The position numbers and the translations under genes are program-made. From the human T2T-CHM13v2.0 reference genome, Homo sapiens, in assembly GCF_009914755.1 (NCBI RefSeq), contig NC_060929.1: a stretch of 64,000 bases of DNA; one strand, given 5' to 3'. The notes beneath the pieces were generated by a model, which did no database searches, was not told where the DNA came from, and worked only from the letters and a program-made list of their open reading frames with translations. Below, in pieces: positions 28,601-42,780 of the stretch (position 1 is the stretch's first letter; every line of letters starts with the position of its first letter).

Positions 28601-29211
28601 TTTTGGAATAAGTAAGATGTGATGCTGAGAACAATATATATTTTGTTGATTTGGGGGGGAGAGTTCTGCAGATGTCTATTAGGTCCACTTGGTGCAGAGC
28701 TGAGTTGAAGGCCTGGATATCCTTGTTAACTTTCAGTCTCGTGATTTGTCTAATGTTGACAGTGGGGTATTAAAGTCTCCCATTATTATTGCGTGGGTGT
28801 CTAAGTCTCTTTGTAGGTCTCTAAGGACTTGCTTTATGAATCTGGGTGTTCCTGTATTGGATGCATATATAATTAGGATAGTCAGCACTTCTTGTTGAAA
28901 TGATCCCTTTACCATTATGTAATGGCCTTCTTTGTCTCTTTTGATCTTTGTTGGTTTAAAGTCTGTTTTATTAGAAACTAGGATTGCAAACCCTTTTTTT
29001 TTTTTTGCTTTCCATTTGCTTTTTATATCTTCCTCCATCCCTTTATTTTGAGCCTATTTGTGTCTCTGCATGTGAGATGGGTCTCCTGAATACAGCACAC
29101 TGATGGATCTTGACTCTTTATCCAATTTGCCAATCTGTGTCTTTTAATTGGGGCATTTAGCCCATTTACATTAAACGTTAATATTCTTATGTGTGAATTT
29201 GATCCTGTCAT
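25614..29211 (-). pseudogene. L1 ORF2p remnant
   Basis: ORF fragments MTGSNSHI..., 'MGDFNTPL', 'LFADDMI' and a 341-aa fragment at 26089-27114. Confidence 0.92.
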
Positions 29212-29274
29212 TATGATGTTAGCTGGTTATTTTGCCCATTAGTTGACACAGTTTCTTCCTCGCATCAATGGTCT

Positions 29275-30062
29275 TTACAATTTGGCATGTTTTTGCAGTG
29301 GCTGGTGCCAATTTTTCCTTTCCATGTTTAGTGCTTCCTTCAGGAGCTCTTGTAAGACAGGCCTGGTAGTGACAAAATCTCTCAGCATTTGCTTGTCTGT
29401 AAAGGATTTTATTTCTCCTTCACTTATGAAGCTTAGTTTGGCTGGATATGAAATTCTGGGTTGAAAATTCCTTTCTTTAAGAATGTTGAATATTGGCCCC
29501 CACTCTCTTCCGGCTTGTAGAGTTTCTGCCGAGAGATCTGCTGTTAGTCTGATGGGCTTCCCTTTGTGGGTAACCGACCTTTCTCTCTGGCTGCCCTTAA
29601 CATTTTTTCCTTCAGCTCAACCTTAGTGAATCTGAGAATTTTATGTCTTGGGGTTGCTCTTCTCTAGGAGTATCTTTGTGGTGATATCTGTATTTCTTGA
29701 ATTTGAATGTTTTCTTGCCTTGCTAGGTTGGGGAAGTTCTCCTGGATAATATCCTGCAGAGTGTTTTCCAGCTTGGTTCCATTCTCCCTATCACTTTCAG
29801 GTACACCAATCAAACGTAGATTTGGTCTTTTCACATAGTCCCATTTTTCTTGGAGGCTTTGTTCATTTCTTTTTACTCTTTTTTATCTAAACTTCTCTTC
29901 CCTCTTCATTTCATTAATTTGATCTTCAATCACTGATACCCTTTCTTCCACATGATCGAATCGGCTACTGAAGCTTGTGCATGCATCATGTAGTTCTCGT
30001 GCCATGGTTTTCAGCGCCATCAGGTCATTTAAGGTCTTCTCTACACTGTTTATTCTAGTTAG
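29275..30062 (-). pseudogene. L1 ORF1p remnant lacking its N-terminus
   Basis: ORF 29883-30170 fuses 5'UTR sequence directly to 'LTRINSVEKTLNDLMALKTMARELHDA'. Confidence 0.85.
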
Positions 30063-30535
30063 ACCCTCAGCTGCAGGTCTGTTGTAGTTTGCTGGAGGTC
30101 CACTCCAGATCCTGTTTGCCTGAGTATCACCAGCGGAGGCTGCAGAACAGCAAATATTGCAGAACACCAAATATTGCTGCCTGATCCTTCCTCTGGAAGC
30201 TTCATCTCAGAGGGGCACCTGGCTGTATGAGGGGTTAGTCGGCCTCTACTGGGAGATATCTCCAAGTTAGGCTACACGGGGGACAGGGACCCACTTGAGG
30301 AGGCAGTCTTTCCGTTCTCAGAGCTCAAACACCGTTCTGGGAGAACCACTGCTCTCTTCAGAGCTGTCAGACAGGGACATTTAAATCTACAGAAGTTGTA
30401 TGCTGCCTTTTGTTCAGCTATGCCCTGCCCCCAGAGGTGTAGTCTACAGAGGCCGGTGGGCCTCACTGAGCTACGGTGGGCTCCACTCAGTTCAAGCTTC
30501 CCTGGCGGCTTTGTTTACCTACTCAAGCCTCAGCA

Positions 30536-30670
30536 ATGGCAGATGCCCCTCCCCCAGCCAGGCTTGCCACCTTGCAGTTTGATCTCGGACTAGCAGTGAG
30601 CAAGGTTCTGTGGGTGTGGGACCCGCTAAGCCAGGTGCGGGATATAATCTCCTGGTGTTCCATTTGCTAA
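30536..30670 (+). pseudogene. Frameshifted L1 ORF0 remnant
   Basis: ATG in gcaATGg context gives MADAPPPAR, and LPPCSLISD continues in another frame (recalled ORF0 start: MAGAPPPASLPPCSLISD). Confidence 0.75.
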
Positions 30671-31549
30671 GACTGTTGGAAAACAGCAGTGTTTAGGTGG
30701 CAGTGTCCCGATTTTCCCGGTACAGCCTGCCATGGCTTCCTTTTGCTAGGAAAGGGAAATCTCCCAACCTCTTGTGCTTCCTCGGTGAGGCGATGCCGCG
30801 CCCTGCTTCAGCTTGCTCTCTGTGGTTTGCATCCACTGTCTGACCAGTCCCAATGAGATGAACCAGGTACCTCAGTTGGAAATGCAGAAATCACCCATCT
30901 TCTGCATCGATCACACTGGGAGCTGCAGACCGGAGCTGTTCCTATTCAGCCATCTTGGAACGGACCCCCATTACAAAACTTGGCAGGTTAGTCTTTTGAT
31001 AACAATCTTTCTTACTGTTCTACTTGGTTTGTAGTGGTATCTCATTGTGGTTTTAATTTGCATTTCTCTAATGTATAAGGTAGTTGAGCATTTTTTATGC
31101 ACTCACTGGCCATCTTTGTATGTCTTTGGGGAAATGTTTATTCAAATAATTTGCTCCCTTATTTAATGCAGCTGTTTATCTTCTTACTGTTGAGTTTTAA
31201 GAGCTCATTTTATATTCCGTTTATAAGTCAATTGTCAAGTAATTGTTTTGCAAATATTTTCTCCCAATGTGTAATTTGTCTTTTGTTTTTACCAAATTCT
31301 TTTGGAGAACAAAACTGATTTGTTCAAAGTCCAAATTATTTTATACTTTGTGCTTTCAAGATATGCATTTATTTACTTATTATATAGTTGTATTATTGTT
31401 TGTTGTACCAACATACTATGTAATATAAAGCATATGCAAAAACATATACATTATGAAAGAATCACTAAAAATTAATAAAAATAAGAGCTTTTTTCTGAAT
31501 TTTTTTCTTTTTAAATTTATTTTTAATTGACAAATAAAAATGATATGAT

Positions 31550-31831
31550 GGCTGGGCTCAGTGGCTTATGCCCGTAATACCAGCACTTTGGGAGGCCAAG
31601 GTGGACAGATCACTTGAGGTCAGGAGTTTGTGACCAGCCTGACCAACATTGTGAAATCCTGTCTCCCCCGAAAAAAAACAAAAAGAGAAAAAAAAGAGTC
31701 AAGTGTGGTGGCATGTGCTTGTAATCCCAGCTACTTGGGAGGCTGAGGCATGAGAATTGCTTGAACCCCCCCAAGAGAAAATCACACCACTGTACTCCAG
31801 CCTGGGTGACAGAGTGAGGGTCTGTCTAAAA
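31550..31831 (+). mobile_element. AluS/J with a right-arm internal deletion
   Basis: Alu dimer; 'ttgaaccccccc aagagaaa atcacaccac' replaces the normal core. Confidence 0.9.
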
Positions 31832-31849
31832 ACATATATATAGAAAAGA

Positions 31850-32092
31850 AAAAGCATTTAATACACCTAACCTAGTGAACATCATAGCTTAGCATAGTCT
31901 ACCTTAAACATGCTCAGAACACTTACATTAGCCTACAGTTAGACAAAGTCATCTACCACAAATCCTATTTTATAATAAAGTTGTGAATTTTTTTTTTTTT
32001 AAATACCGTATTGAAGGTAAAAAACAGAGTGGCTTCACAGCATTGCAAAGTTGAAACATCTTAAGTTGAACCATTCTATTAGGTGACTATTG
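31850..32092 (+). mobile_element. MER47A (Tigger) fragment lacking its 5' TIR
   Basis: Homologous to 225-420 in this window ('gcatttaatacacctaacctag...cagaacacttacattagcctacag'). Confidence 0.8.
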
Positions 32093-33439
32093 CTATAAAT
32101 TGTGAAATGGCTAAATTGAGCTAATTAACATATACATTATCTGACATACTTTTTTGGTGTGTGAGAACACTTAAAATGTACTCTCAGCAATTTTCTGGAT
32201 TATAATACATTGTTATTCATTATGGTCACGAGGTAGTACAATAGGTCTCTTGAACTCATTCCTCCCAGCTAACTGAAATTTTGTATTTTTTGACAAACAT
32301 CTCCCCACCCACCCCGACTCCTATCCCTATCCCTTGGTAACCACCATTCTGTCTACTTCTGAGTTCAACTTTTTTAGGTTTCACACATAAGCAAGATCAT
32401 GTGGCATGTGTCTTTCAGTGTCTGGCTTATTTCGCTCAACCTAATATCCTGCAGGTTATCTATGTTGTTGCAAATGACAAATTTTTCTTCTTTTGTAAGG
32501 CTGAATACTATTCTCTTTTGTATGTATAGCACATTTTCTTTATCCATTCATCTATTGATGGACACTTAGGTTGATTCCATATCTTACCTATTGTGAATAG
32601 TTCTGCAATGGCCATGGGAGTGCAGATATCTCTTTTACGTATTGCTTCACTTCCATTGAATATATACCTAGTAGAGAAATTGCTGGATCATATGTTAATT
32701 CTACTTTTAATTTTTTGAAGATTTTCCATACGGTTTTCCATAATGGATGCACTAATTATCATTTCCAATAATAGCATGCAAGGATTTCCTTTCTCCACAT
32801 CCTTGCCAACACTTATCTTTTAGGCTTCTTTGTTGTAGCCATTCTAACAAGTGTGAAGTGATACCTCGTTGTGGTTTGTGCTTTTTGTGTCTTATTTGAG
32901 AAACTTTGCCCAACCCAAGGCTACTAACATTTTCTCCTATGTTTTCTTCTACAAGTTTTGCATCGTTAGATTTGTGATCTTTATATTGAGGTATATAATC
33001 CATTTCAATTTAATTTTTGTATGAAGTTAGTGTTAAGATTCATGTGTTTACACTTGGCTAACCAATAGTTCTAGTACATTTGTTGACAAGATTTTTCCAT
33101 CCTGATTAAATTAATTTAGAACTTTTGTCCAAAATCAATTAACCACATATGTGTGGGTCTATTTCTGAACTCTCTATTGTATTCTACTGGTCTTTACTTG
33201 TTTTATTTTGCCAATACTGCACTGTGTCATACCATTCACATGTAATGTTAATAAAACAAGTAAAAACTCCAGACTTTGTAAAATTAATCAGCAAAAATTG
33301 GCTTCTATATCGTCTGATGACTACGAATTTATTCTGTGAATTAAGCAGGTCAATCACATTTGGATCCCAAGATCTGTTCTTTACCTTCTTTACCTTGCAC
33401 AATGCCCACTGAATGAGAATCTTTGTGAAATCAGTTATG

Positions 33440-33795
33440 TATACACTAGCCTCTGGTAGAGTTGGGTTTGGGGACTTGGAGGTAACAGCAGAATATTGAA
33501 GCAAGGTCTTTTTTTAGTTCTATCTCCTTCCTGGCCTTGTGACAGTGCTAGAACAGGCTACATTCCTCTGCCACCTCTTAGGCAATCTTTCTTTTGAGTT
33601 TCTGGAAATTGCTGTGCCAATGTAATTTCACTCTCTCCTTTTGTCTCTTGGGGCCTATAGCGGTAGAGACTTCCCATATTGCTATTTCACGAGTGCTTCA
33701 ACATCCATTGTTGCTTTCCTTATTCTTTTCTCACCTCTCTCTAAGTTGTCCTTAGAAAAATGTTATTTGCTTCCTGCTAGGCCCCAGTCTAAATT
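33440..33795. mobile_element. Old ERVL LTR fragment (LTR33-like)
   Basis: Motifs 'tgtctcttggggcctatagcggtagagacttcc' and 'ttgcttcctgctaggccc'. Confidence 0.4.
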
Positions 33796-36700
33796 TGATA
33801 ACACTTGGGATCCAAGTAGTTATAGGTAGATTCTCATTAATAATTTCCAGTTTTAAGAAACTTGGCTTGGATGTGTGTATATAATAGCTCCAGAGATTAA
33901 AAACAAAAAGAAAGATGCTAAGTAACCTGCTGTTGGTCACTTGTCTTCCAGCCCTCAACCAGAAGACAGGAAATCAGTCATTCAACAGTAATGACTCCCA
34001 GAGCTGATGTTCCAAACTCCAGAAGGGTCTCAGTAGCGACAATTCCAAGAAACTAAAGTAAGGTTCTGACTCCTTTAATGGTTTCTGTGAGTGGAAATTT
34101 CTGACAAGTGATGAAACCCAGTTCTATCTTTCTAGGTCCTGAATTGGGATGCAAATAGACCAATTTCTTATAAGTCTATCCATGGGGATAGATTCAATAT
34201 CAAATATTAAAATACAAAACAATCTGGATCTTCAATAATGTGGCTCTAAAGAGGCAATATGTATGCAGTCATTATGTTAAGAAATGGAGCAACAACCTTA
34301 GCCAACCCTTATTAGGAAAAGTAGCTAAATCAGCAATATGGACATTTAAAACTAAAATAATCCAAATCCCTCTCATTGCAAGTACACAAAATATTGAGTA
34401 TAAAAGAGGCAAAATTCATTCTAAGGCAGAGCTGTTTGTAGAAAAGAGAAAGGAAAATCTCCAGTGAAAAATGGAACTGCGTACCAAACTGAACAGCTGC
34501 AGCCGAAAGATGCAGTGATGTTCAACTACTTTAGTAACTTTTACTTATATTTAAAATGTTTGTACCTGTATTCATAAATTATATTTTTTCTAAAGCATTA
34601 TCCAGTTTTTTAAATAAAATATTTATTAGTCTTATACATAACTATTTCTTTATCTTCAGGATTTATTAAAAGTCTCATAAAATTCTCAGCATTTTGTTGG
34701 TAAATCTTGCTAATAAATTCATTTATATAACAATTATTCATCCATTTAGGACTATACTTACTTTAAATACATCTGCTATGATAATTTTTTCTAAGAATTA
34801 CACAACTAATCTAGAATACTAAAATATTTACCCTGCAAATAATAGTTATTTCTATGTTATTTCACTTCTTTTTCTTGATCAATCTAACCAGTGGTTTATG
34901 TTTTTATGTAATTGTTTAGAAGTTTCAATATTTTGGACATTTTTGATAAGCTCATTCTTCTTAAGTTCTTATTGCACTTGTTTTAGCTCTCATATAAATT
35001 AACCTTACTTTACTTTGGTTTCTCCTATTGTTATTTCTCAACACATGGACTTAACTATTTTTTCAATTTTTCTTTTTATCTAATTTATGCACGTAAGGCT
35101 TGTGGCACAGATTAGTAGCTGTTAACAAAATTTGTTTTGCTCTGATTATGATCACAGAGAGAAACTGCTTTTCTGAGTCAGGCATAGTTATATGACCAAA
35201 TTTCAGCTGATGGAATATGTATGGAGATATTTGTCATCATAGGCTCTAGTTCAGAAACTTTAAGAAGTTCTACAATGTTGCCATATACCAAAGATGCAGT
35301 ACAAAGTACAGTAGGACTTATTTATGATATTAGACAATATAATGAAATTATTTCTAGATAAATGCAGAAATGTTTAAGAAACACCATGATTTTGTAAGCC
35401 AAGAAATAGGTATGGCTGTTTTGATCAGATCCAGTAAATGATATTTTGAAATTTGCTGGCATTGTTCTGATTCTTGAGGTAGAGATAAAGTTATATTTGA
35501 AAGAAAATTGGATTTCTATTTTTTTCATTCAAGTGAATAAACAACTGAGAGGAAAATCTTTTTCACAGTTCCAAATTGCCTCTAACGAATATATTTCACA
35601 TAACAATGAACTGTTTCTATGAATAACCTGCTCATAGGAAAATTTAAATTGAAAAGTGTAACTTGGATTTTACCTCTGTTTATATTACTATTTTTCTGCC
35701 CCACGTATCTTCATTGGTAGAATGCATAAGCCTGACTGTTAATGTGTTCTTAGTATTCTTACAGGTGTGAAATAATCCACCGATAAGTCCCTTCAATTAA
35801 TGAGTGCTTTAATATATCTCTCTCGCACTTTCTACTATTTAATTTTAATTCTTCTTAAAATGAAATGCTAATTGTATGCAGTTCTGTTGGTTGAGATGCA
35901 CAGTATAGATACTACATATACATTATTCTTCATTCTTAACTTTAGGAACAAACATTCTCAATTACCAAATCTTTGTAATTATAAAATAATTAGAACTAGG
36001 CCACAAGGTTCAAATTCATAGTTAGTTTAAGATTATTTGTAAAACAAATGATTGGAAATAAAACATTGTTAGCAAAATGTAGTATTTAAAATGAAAATTT
36101 TTAACTCTTCCTTCTGATTTTACAAATTTTGGTTGTATTCTTTTACCTTTTTTACTTTGTTCACTAATAGTGTATATGTTTAACAAATGTTCAGATGTTT
36201 GTGCTTCATCTGTGAGCTCATATCTAATGGCTTTTTATCTAAAGGTAATAAAATACTCCATATCCTATTTTATGTCTTCATAATAATAATGTAGCAATGA
36301 GCATTTTAAGCTGTAAATCAAATATTACAAATGAATATCTATTGAGAACATTTGCTATTTTATTTCCATTTTTCTTAGCAATCACATTACAAAAAATTTT
36401 TAAAATTACATTCACTGGTGTAGATATTATTAAATATATGGATGTAAGATTTATAATATTAATAAATTGTTTTAAAAAGTGATATGTGGTGCACTTATTT
36501 TCTATGGATACCAGTCAACACAATAATATCAGGGCAAAAGAAAAATGTTACTGGCAGATATAATTTCAATTATCAATAATATTTTCCTTTTGTTTGCAAA
36601 GATTATACTCTCTTTTAAGTGTATAAGTCACAATAATAGCATTGTGACTATTTTCATTCAAAGTATTTTGGCTTACTTAAAATTACCATTTTAATACCAT

Positions 36701-37718
36701 AGTTATTTTATTATCTTTCAATCATTTGTGGAGATAGCAAAGAAAACAAAATCAAAACAATTTTCCAAGTTCTGATTAGAGAAACTATGTTTGAAATTAT
36801 TTTATTGAGGGTAGAGTAGATTATTTAACAAAGCACAGGACATATAAATGACAATTTTGAATAAATTAAAGTATGCATCACTGTGCAACCAGGTTGTAAA
36901 TACCATATAAATGAATGTAGGAATTTAGTAGACATTAAAGTAACATTTAATTTTTTGGTAAAGATGTGTAATAGTTAAATAATATTTACTTAGGAAAAAA
37001 AGTATTAATGTAGAATTAGGTTACTTCTTCCAGGGAAATGTTTATCATTTATTATACTTTGCCATTGATGCCTACATCCAATTGTGTTTTCTCAGATAAT
37101 TGCAAAGCAGGTACTCCTAACCAGAACTGCTTTGACTTGCTAGAAAGCACCGATCAAGTCGCAGGCCCTTGCAATCCCTACATATTAAATATGCCTGTGC
37201 TTTTAATATGTACAGACACTCACACTCACACTCACACAGGAAACCCAAATGTATCATCATCACCATCACTAAGGACAATCAATTTATTGTCAGGGTTAAG
37301 TCAGAGGAAACAAAGATGCAATTTGTAACTTGAGATCATGAAATTATGCTTCCTACAGTGAATGTGCAAATGTTTAATCAGTAGAACATATATTTAGCTA
37401 ACTGAATTGCTTTTTTTTCTGATAATTCACTCTTATGTCTGTGACTCAATTTACAGTATAGTGGTTTTTACAAATTATCAAATAACCAGATATAAAAAGT
37501 CTCCAGACTATAAAGCAGGAGGATGAAAGGACTTACTGCTTTTCCCAGTCTTCTTCTGTATCACTCCATCCATTTCCAACTTTAACACAATTAAGTGGGT
37601 TTTCGTTGTATTTCAACACATGTTGACATTAAAAAAAAGGAATTTATAACATAATGTGTATTACAATATACATTATTACACTTGGTAATATGTATTTCAG
37701 GAGGACAAGCCACACACT

Positions 37719-38308
37719 TGTTACAAGACTGCCACGTTCATATGCCTGCTGCACACTAAAGACCAATACACTGAGACAGCAGGGTTTGCAGCAGAGAAAG
37801 AGTTTAATATAACTGCAAGGCCATTGAGGATGGAAATGGGAGGAATTCTCAAGGCCCAAATCCATTTCATCAAGGTGGTCTGAGCAAAGGTCTTTAAGGG
37901 TTTTGTCAAGGGCTAGGGGCTGGAAAATTGAGGTTGTTGATTGGTCAGGGTAAGGGGCATGACATCATCAGAATGTGGAAACTCATTCTTCCAAGAGTCA
38001 GCGTCTTGCAGGACCCTTTAAATCAGATGGTTTAAGTCATTTTGTTGGTATGCAAAACCTAAAACAAAAAATCAAAGAAAAAGCTTATCATCTCACAACA
38101 GTTTAGTTTTTATGTACAGAGCGGAAAAGAAACAATGAGTTCTATGACTAGGTCTATGTTCACCTGGCATAGTAAGCAGATACCAGCTACAAGGAAGTGG
38201 ACCAAAGGGCAAGCTGGTAATGTTTATTGCTAATTGTGCTGCAAGCCTAGTTGACTTTTATCTTTTCCCCTTAATTGATTTTATAAAATTTTCTTATGGA
38301 TGGTTTCA
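37719..38308 (-). mobile_element. ERV1-class solo LTR (LOR1/MER4-group-like)
   Basis: TG...CA ends ('tgttacaagac' to 'tggtttca') and 'gagacagcagggtttgcagcagagaaagagtttaat'. Confidence 0.7.
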
Positions 38309-38621
38309 GGATTTGGATAACAAAATGGGTTAAGAATTTCATCAGAATTCCAGATTGTTTGTATCTCTGTGGTCAGTCATATACAATATCATTTGATCTA
38401 AGACTGCCTACCCACACGACCATAAAATGGCTCTCAGGATCAACTATGAAAGCACCTGTTTCATAGGAGTGTATACATTTATTCTCCCTCTCTCGCAATA
38501 TATCCAGATCTATCTATTTATAGGTAGGTCTAGATAGATCTCTATATAATAGAAATATTAAGAGAGACACATATAAACAGGAGGAGTACACACACTCCTA
38601 TGAGAGAGAAACTTAAATGAA

Positions 38622-38680
38622 TATATATATATATATATATATACACGTATACACACACACACACACACACTCACACACTC
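38622..38680. repeat. Compound (TA)n(CA)n microsatellite
   Basis: Directly visible. Confidence 0.95.
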
Positions 38681-39306
38681 AAAAAAGTCAGAGGGAGAAA
38701 ATAAATTACCTTTTTTTTTTTTTTTAACAAAGCCTAAGCAATAATCTTCTCACATCTCATTCATTTAGGCTTACTCATTTCTTAATTTATTCCTGACAAA
38801 GGGGAATTAAATTACAACAATTGATATAGACTAATTTTTCAAGTTCAAATGAGCTTTTGTTAATTTCTTGCAACTGTGTGTAATGTACACATTTAAATTT
38901 TTATATTTAATTTGTATACATAATTTTATACATAATGTACATTTAAATAGGCGCAAATGACTCAATCATTTTATTACTTACTCTGTTAACATGAAGGGAA
39001 GCTTTCATATTATTTTCATAGGTCTAGCATGGCAAGAACATAAAACCCTTACAAATGAAGACTGAGAAAACTACTGACAGCATGCATTTAAAAATTAGTG
39101 GTAAAATCAAATTAAAATATTAGCAACCAGACAAAGCGATACAAAAAAGAATAGTTCACCCATATAAAGAAGATTTCATTCTAAGAATGCATGGTGGTTA
39201 AAATATTAAGAAATAAATGATGCAATTGACTAGTATTAGATGAAACGTTAAAAAATATTATTTTGATTTAAAAATTCAAAGACCAATTTAGCTGTAAGGT
39301 GACTCA

Positions 39307-39552
<246 letters not shown>

Positions 39553-41214
39553 TTAGTGCAATAAATATGTCTTAAAGTGTAAGCATATAAATATTTTTAA
39601 GTCTGTACTACAAAAAAGAAAACAACAGGGAAAGTGTTTTGAATATAAAAATCAATAATCTGCTTATAAATAACTGAGAAAAATTTAAATGATTATTTAA
39701 AACTCAGGAATAATTGAATTTTTTAAGTATTTCAGTCTATTTAGATATATACTACTTAATACTTTGACAGTGATTAGCATTTGTGATAATTCTGTTCTCA
39801 TGTTCTAATGCAGTCTCCACATATACAAATTCATATTGATATATTAGGGTACCACTAAAAATGCTTACTTTTAACAAAGAAAATCGACTCTGTAAAGTCT
39901 CTAAACAATTTTGTATCTCGATAAGTTTATTATTGTGGACAAATATTTTTCAAATGTATATCTATAGCTACACTATATAGATAGAGATATTGATATAAAG
40001 ATATTCTATTGACCTCAATATATTACCTTATTTTAGCATATTAGTTTAATACCCAAGAAAAGGATGATATCTAAAGTCTCCAAAATAGTTAGTGAGAGAA
40101 AGACAAATCATGGTTAAATGTGTAAATTTATTATTAGGAGATAACATTTCAACCATTTCCCAGCCTGAATAATTTTCTTTAGGATTTCTTGCAGTATGGG
40201 TCTCCTGGGAATCTAAACGTTCTCTTAGCATTTGCTTTTATAAATTTTTTAAAAGCTTTTTTCTTATTTTTATAAAATGCATTTGCTGAATCTAGATTCT
40301 CATTTGTCAATCTACCAGTCAGAATCTTGTCAGTAGACGCAAACACATCAGGAATTTGAAATGAGAGAATTCGAAACAAATGTTCCTAGCTAACTAGTAA
40401 AAAATGTAAAAGATATCTCTAAAGTGTCCCAAAGTGGCAAATTCAAAACAGCAGCTGCTACCTCAAGGGTGAGGGGAAGTGAAAAATGAAGGAAGCTAAG
40501 GTATTAGGAGAATTCTGCCTCTCTACCCCAGCATTGTCAAAGAACGCATGCGTACCAAAAGTACAAGCAGCCTGCTGGGTGTGGAGAAATTCGTCACATG
40601 GCATTGAGTGGAGCTGGTGAGTAGAAGTGTCCTACCCTTGGTAGCGAGCACAATACTGCAGGAGCTGGCCTGTAGAATAGAGTGGGGAAGTAGTAATGGT
40701 GAAGTTGGAGCTCCCATGGAAGAATCCGCCAGGTAGGGAGAGCAAGGTCTGAAAATGCATCTGACATTAGTCCAGGGGAGCCTCTGAAATGAGTGCTGCA
40801 AGGGTTCTGCATACTCATCCGCTGCCTCTCACATAGATGGGAATGAAGGCGTCCGCAAACCAGAAGAGACTGCCTATAGTCCCATAGCCTTGCACATTCC
40901 CTCCAGCAACCACTGTTGGCAAAGCCTAAATTTGCACAAAGGAGAAATGTTACCTGTCCCAGCTCCAACATCAGGAAGCAGTGCAAAGGGGGTACTGAAA
41001 GACACTGCATTTGTAACTAAAGTAGGGTTTTGTAGGATGTTCTGTTTTCGTGTTTACTTTTTGAAATTTAAATACATGATCTCATTTGTTTTCTGGCTTC
41101 CACAATTTCTGATGAAAAGTTAGCTATAGCTTTTGTTCCTTACATGTGCAATATATTCTTTGATTCATTTTAACAGTTCTTTTCTATATTTATTTCTTAG
41201 TGACTTCATATGAA

Positions 41215-41539
<325 letters not shown>

Positions 41540-42780
41540 TAAAGTATATTGACCTTCATAATTGTACTGTTCGGTTTCTTTAAGAAAATTTGAAGTTATT
41601 ATTAATTCAATTACTTATGCTGCTTCGTTTACTGTTTCTCTCCTGTATTTCAAGCTGCAGCATATTAGATTATTTGACCATATTATTTGATCATATCCCG
41701 AGTTGCTTTAATTATTTCTTCTATTTTTTAATCATTTTCTTTTCCCAAACTGTGACTCATTTTGGTTAGTTTTTACTAACCCATCTTCTAGTTCACCGTC
41801 CTTTCCTTTATTCCCTCTACCGTTAACATGGTTTGCTAACTTTAGATTTTCTCTTTTACAAGTTTAAGTTTAGAATGGCACTTTGTTACTTTTATAGAAT
41901 ATATTTTGTTGAAATTCTCAGTTTTTTAATCCATATTTTTACTTTTCTTCTAACTTCTTTGACATATTTAAAGTATTATTTTAAAGTCCTTGTCTGCTGA
42001 TTCTATGTCTGAGTCAGATGTGCATTCTTTTATTGCCTTTCTTCCTCTTAATGTTGAAACACATTATCCTGCTTCCTTCATGTTTTCTATTTTTTACGTT
42101 ATACCAGATATTATGTTTAACAGACATATGGATATGGTGTGAATATTATTTTCCCACAGAGAGAGAACTTTTTCTTCTGTTTAAGAAGAGTTCTTATTAT
42201 TTATTTCCAGTAACGAGTTGGCCTAAGTCAACTGTGTTATCGCTTCAGTTAGTCTTAATATTTTTAAGATAATACAATATACTTTGTGTAATCATAGGAC
42301 CTTTCATCTTCTAAGATTTTGGGAGCTTCAGCATAACAATGCAGATATTTTTCTTCATTTTTCTGTGCAGCTCCCCTTCTTTGTCCCCATGCACTCAAGA
42401 AAAAAAATGTGGAGGACAATAGGCAGGTATAAAGATTGCCTGAGTGTTTTGGTTTTGCAGAGATCACAATCTATTATGCCAGCTAGTGCAGTCATTGAAA
42501 GCTCTAATGGATTCTTTTTTCTCTCGAAGACCACCTCCGTCTATGACAATCCAAAGTTCTTAGATTAGTAAATACACCCACTGGCCAACAATTTCTGATC
42601 ACCTATGTAGGGACTGACTTTCTGTGAACATTATTTCTTTAGACTTCTTGCATCCACAGCTCTCCAAAAATTTAATAATGATTTCTTAGTGTATTCAGGG
42701 TTTTATAGTACTTATGGTAGGAGCAATGGTCTATGGTAGACTACATGCTAACTGAAAGAAGAACTCCAAAGAATTCTTAA

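Larger units (their letters stand above)
25402..30968 (-). mobile_element. Near-full-length LINE-1 (L1PA5/6-like) with two internal deletions
   Basis: 5' end 'cagccatcttggaacggacccc' (YY1 site 30949-30958), 5'UTR, ORF1/ORF2 remnants, 3'UTR and a short poly(T). Confidence 0.95.

Noticed and set aside
40594-41010. 138-aa minus-strand ORF as a real protein
   Set aside because: Non-ATG start, no recognisable domain, and a length explainable by locally higher GC.
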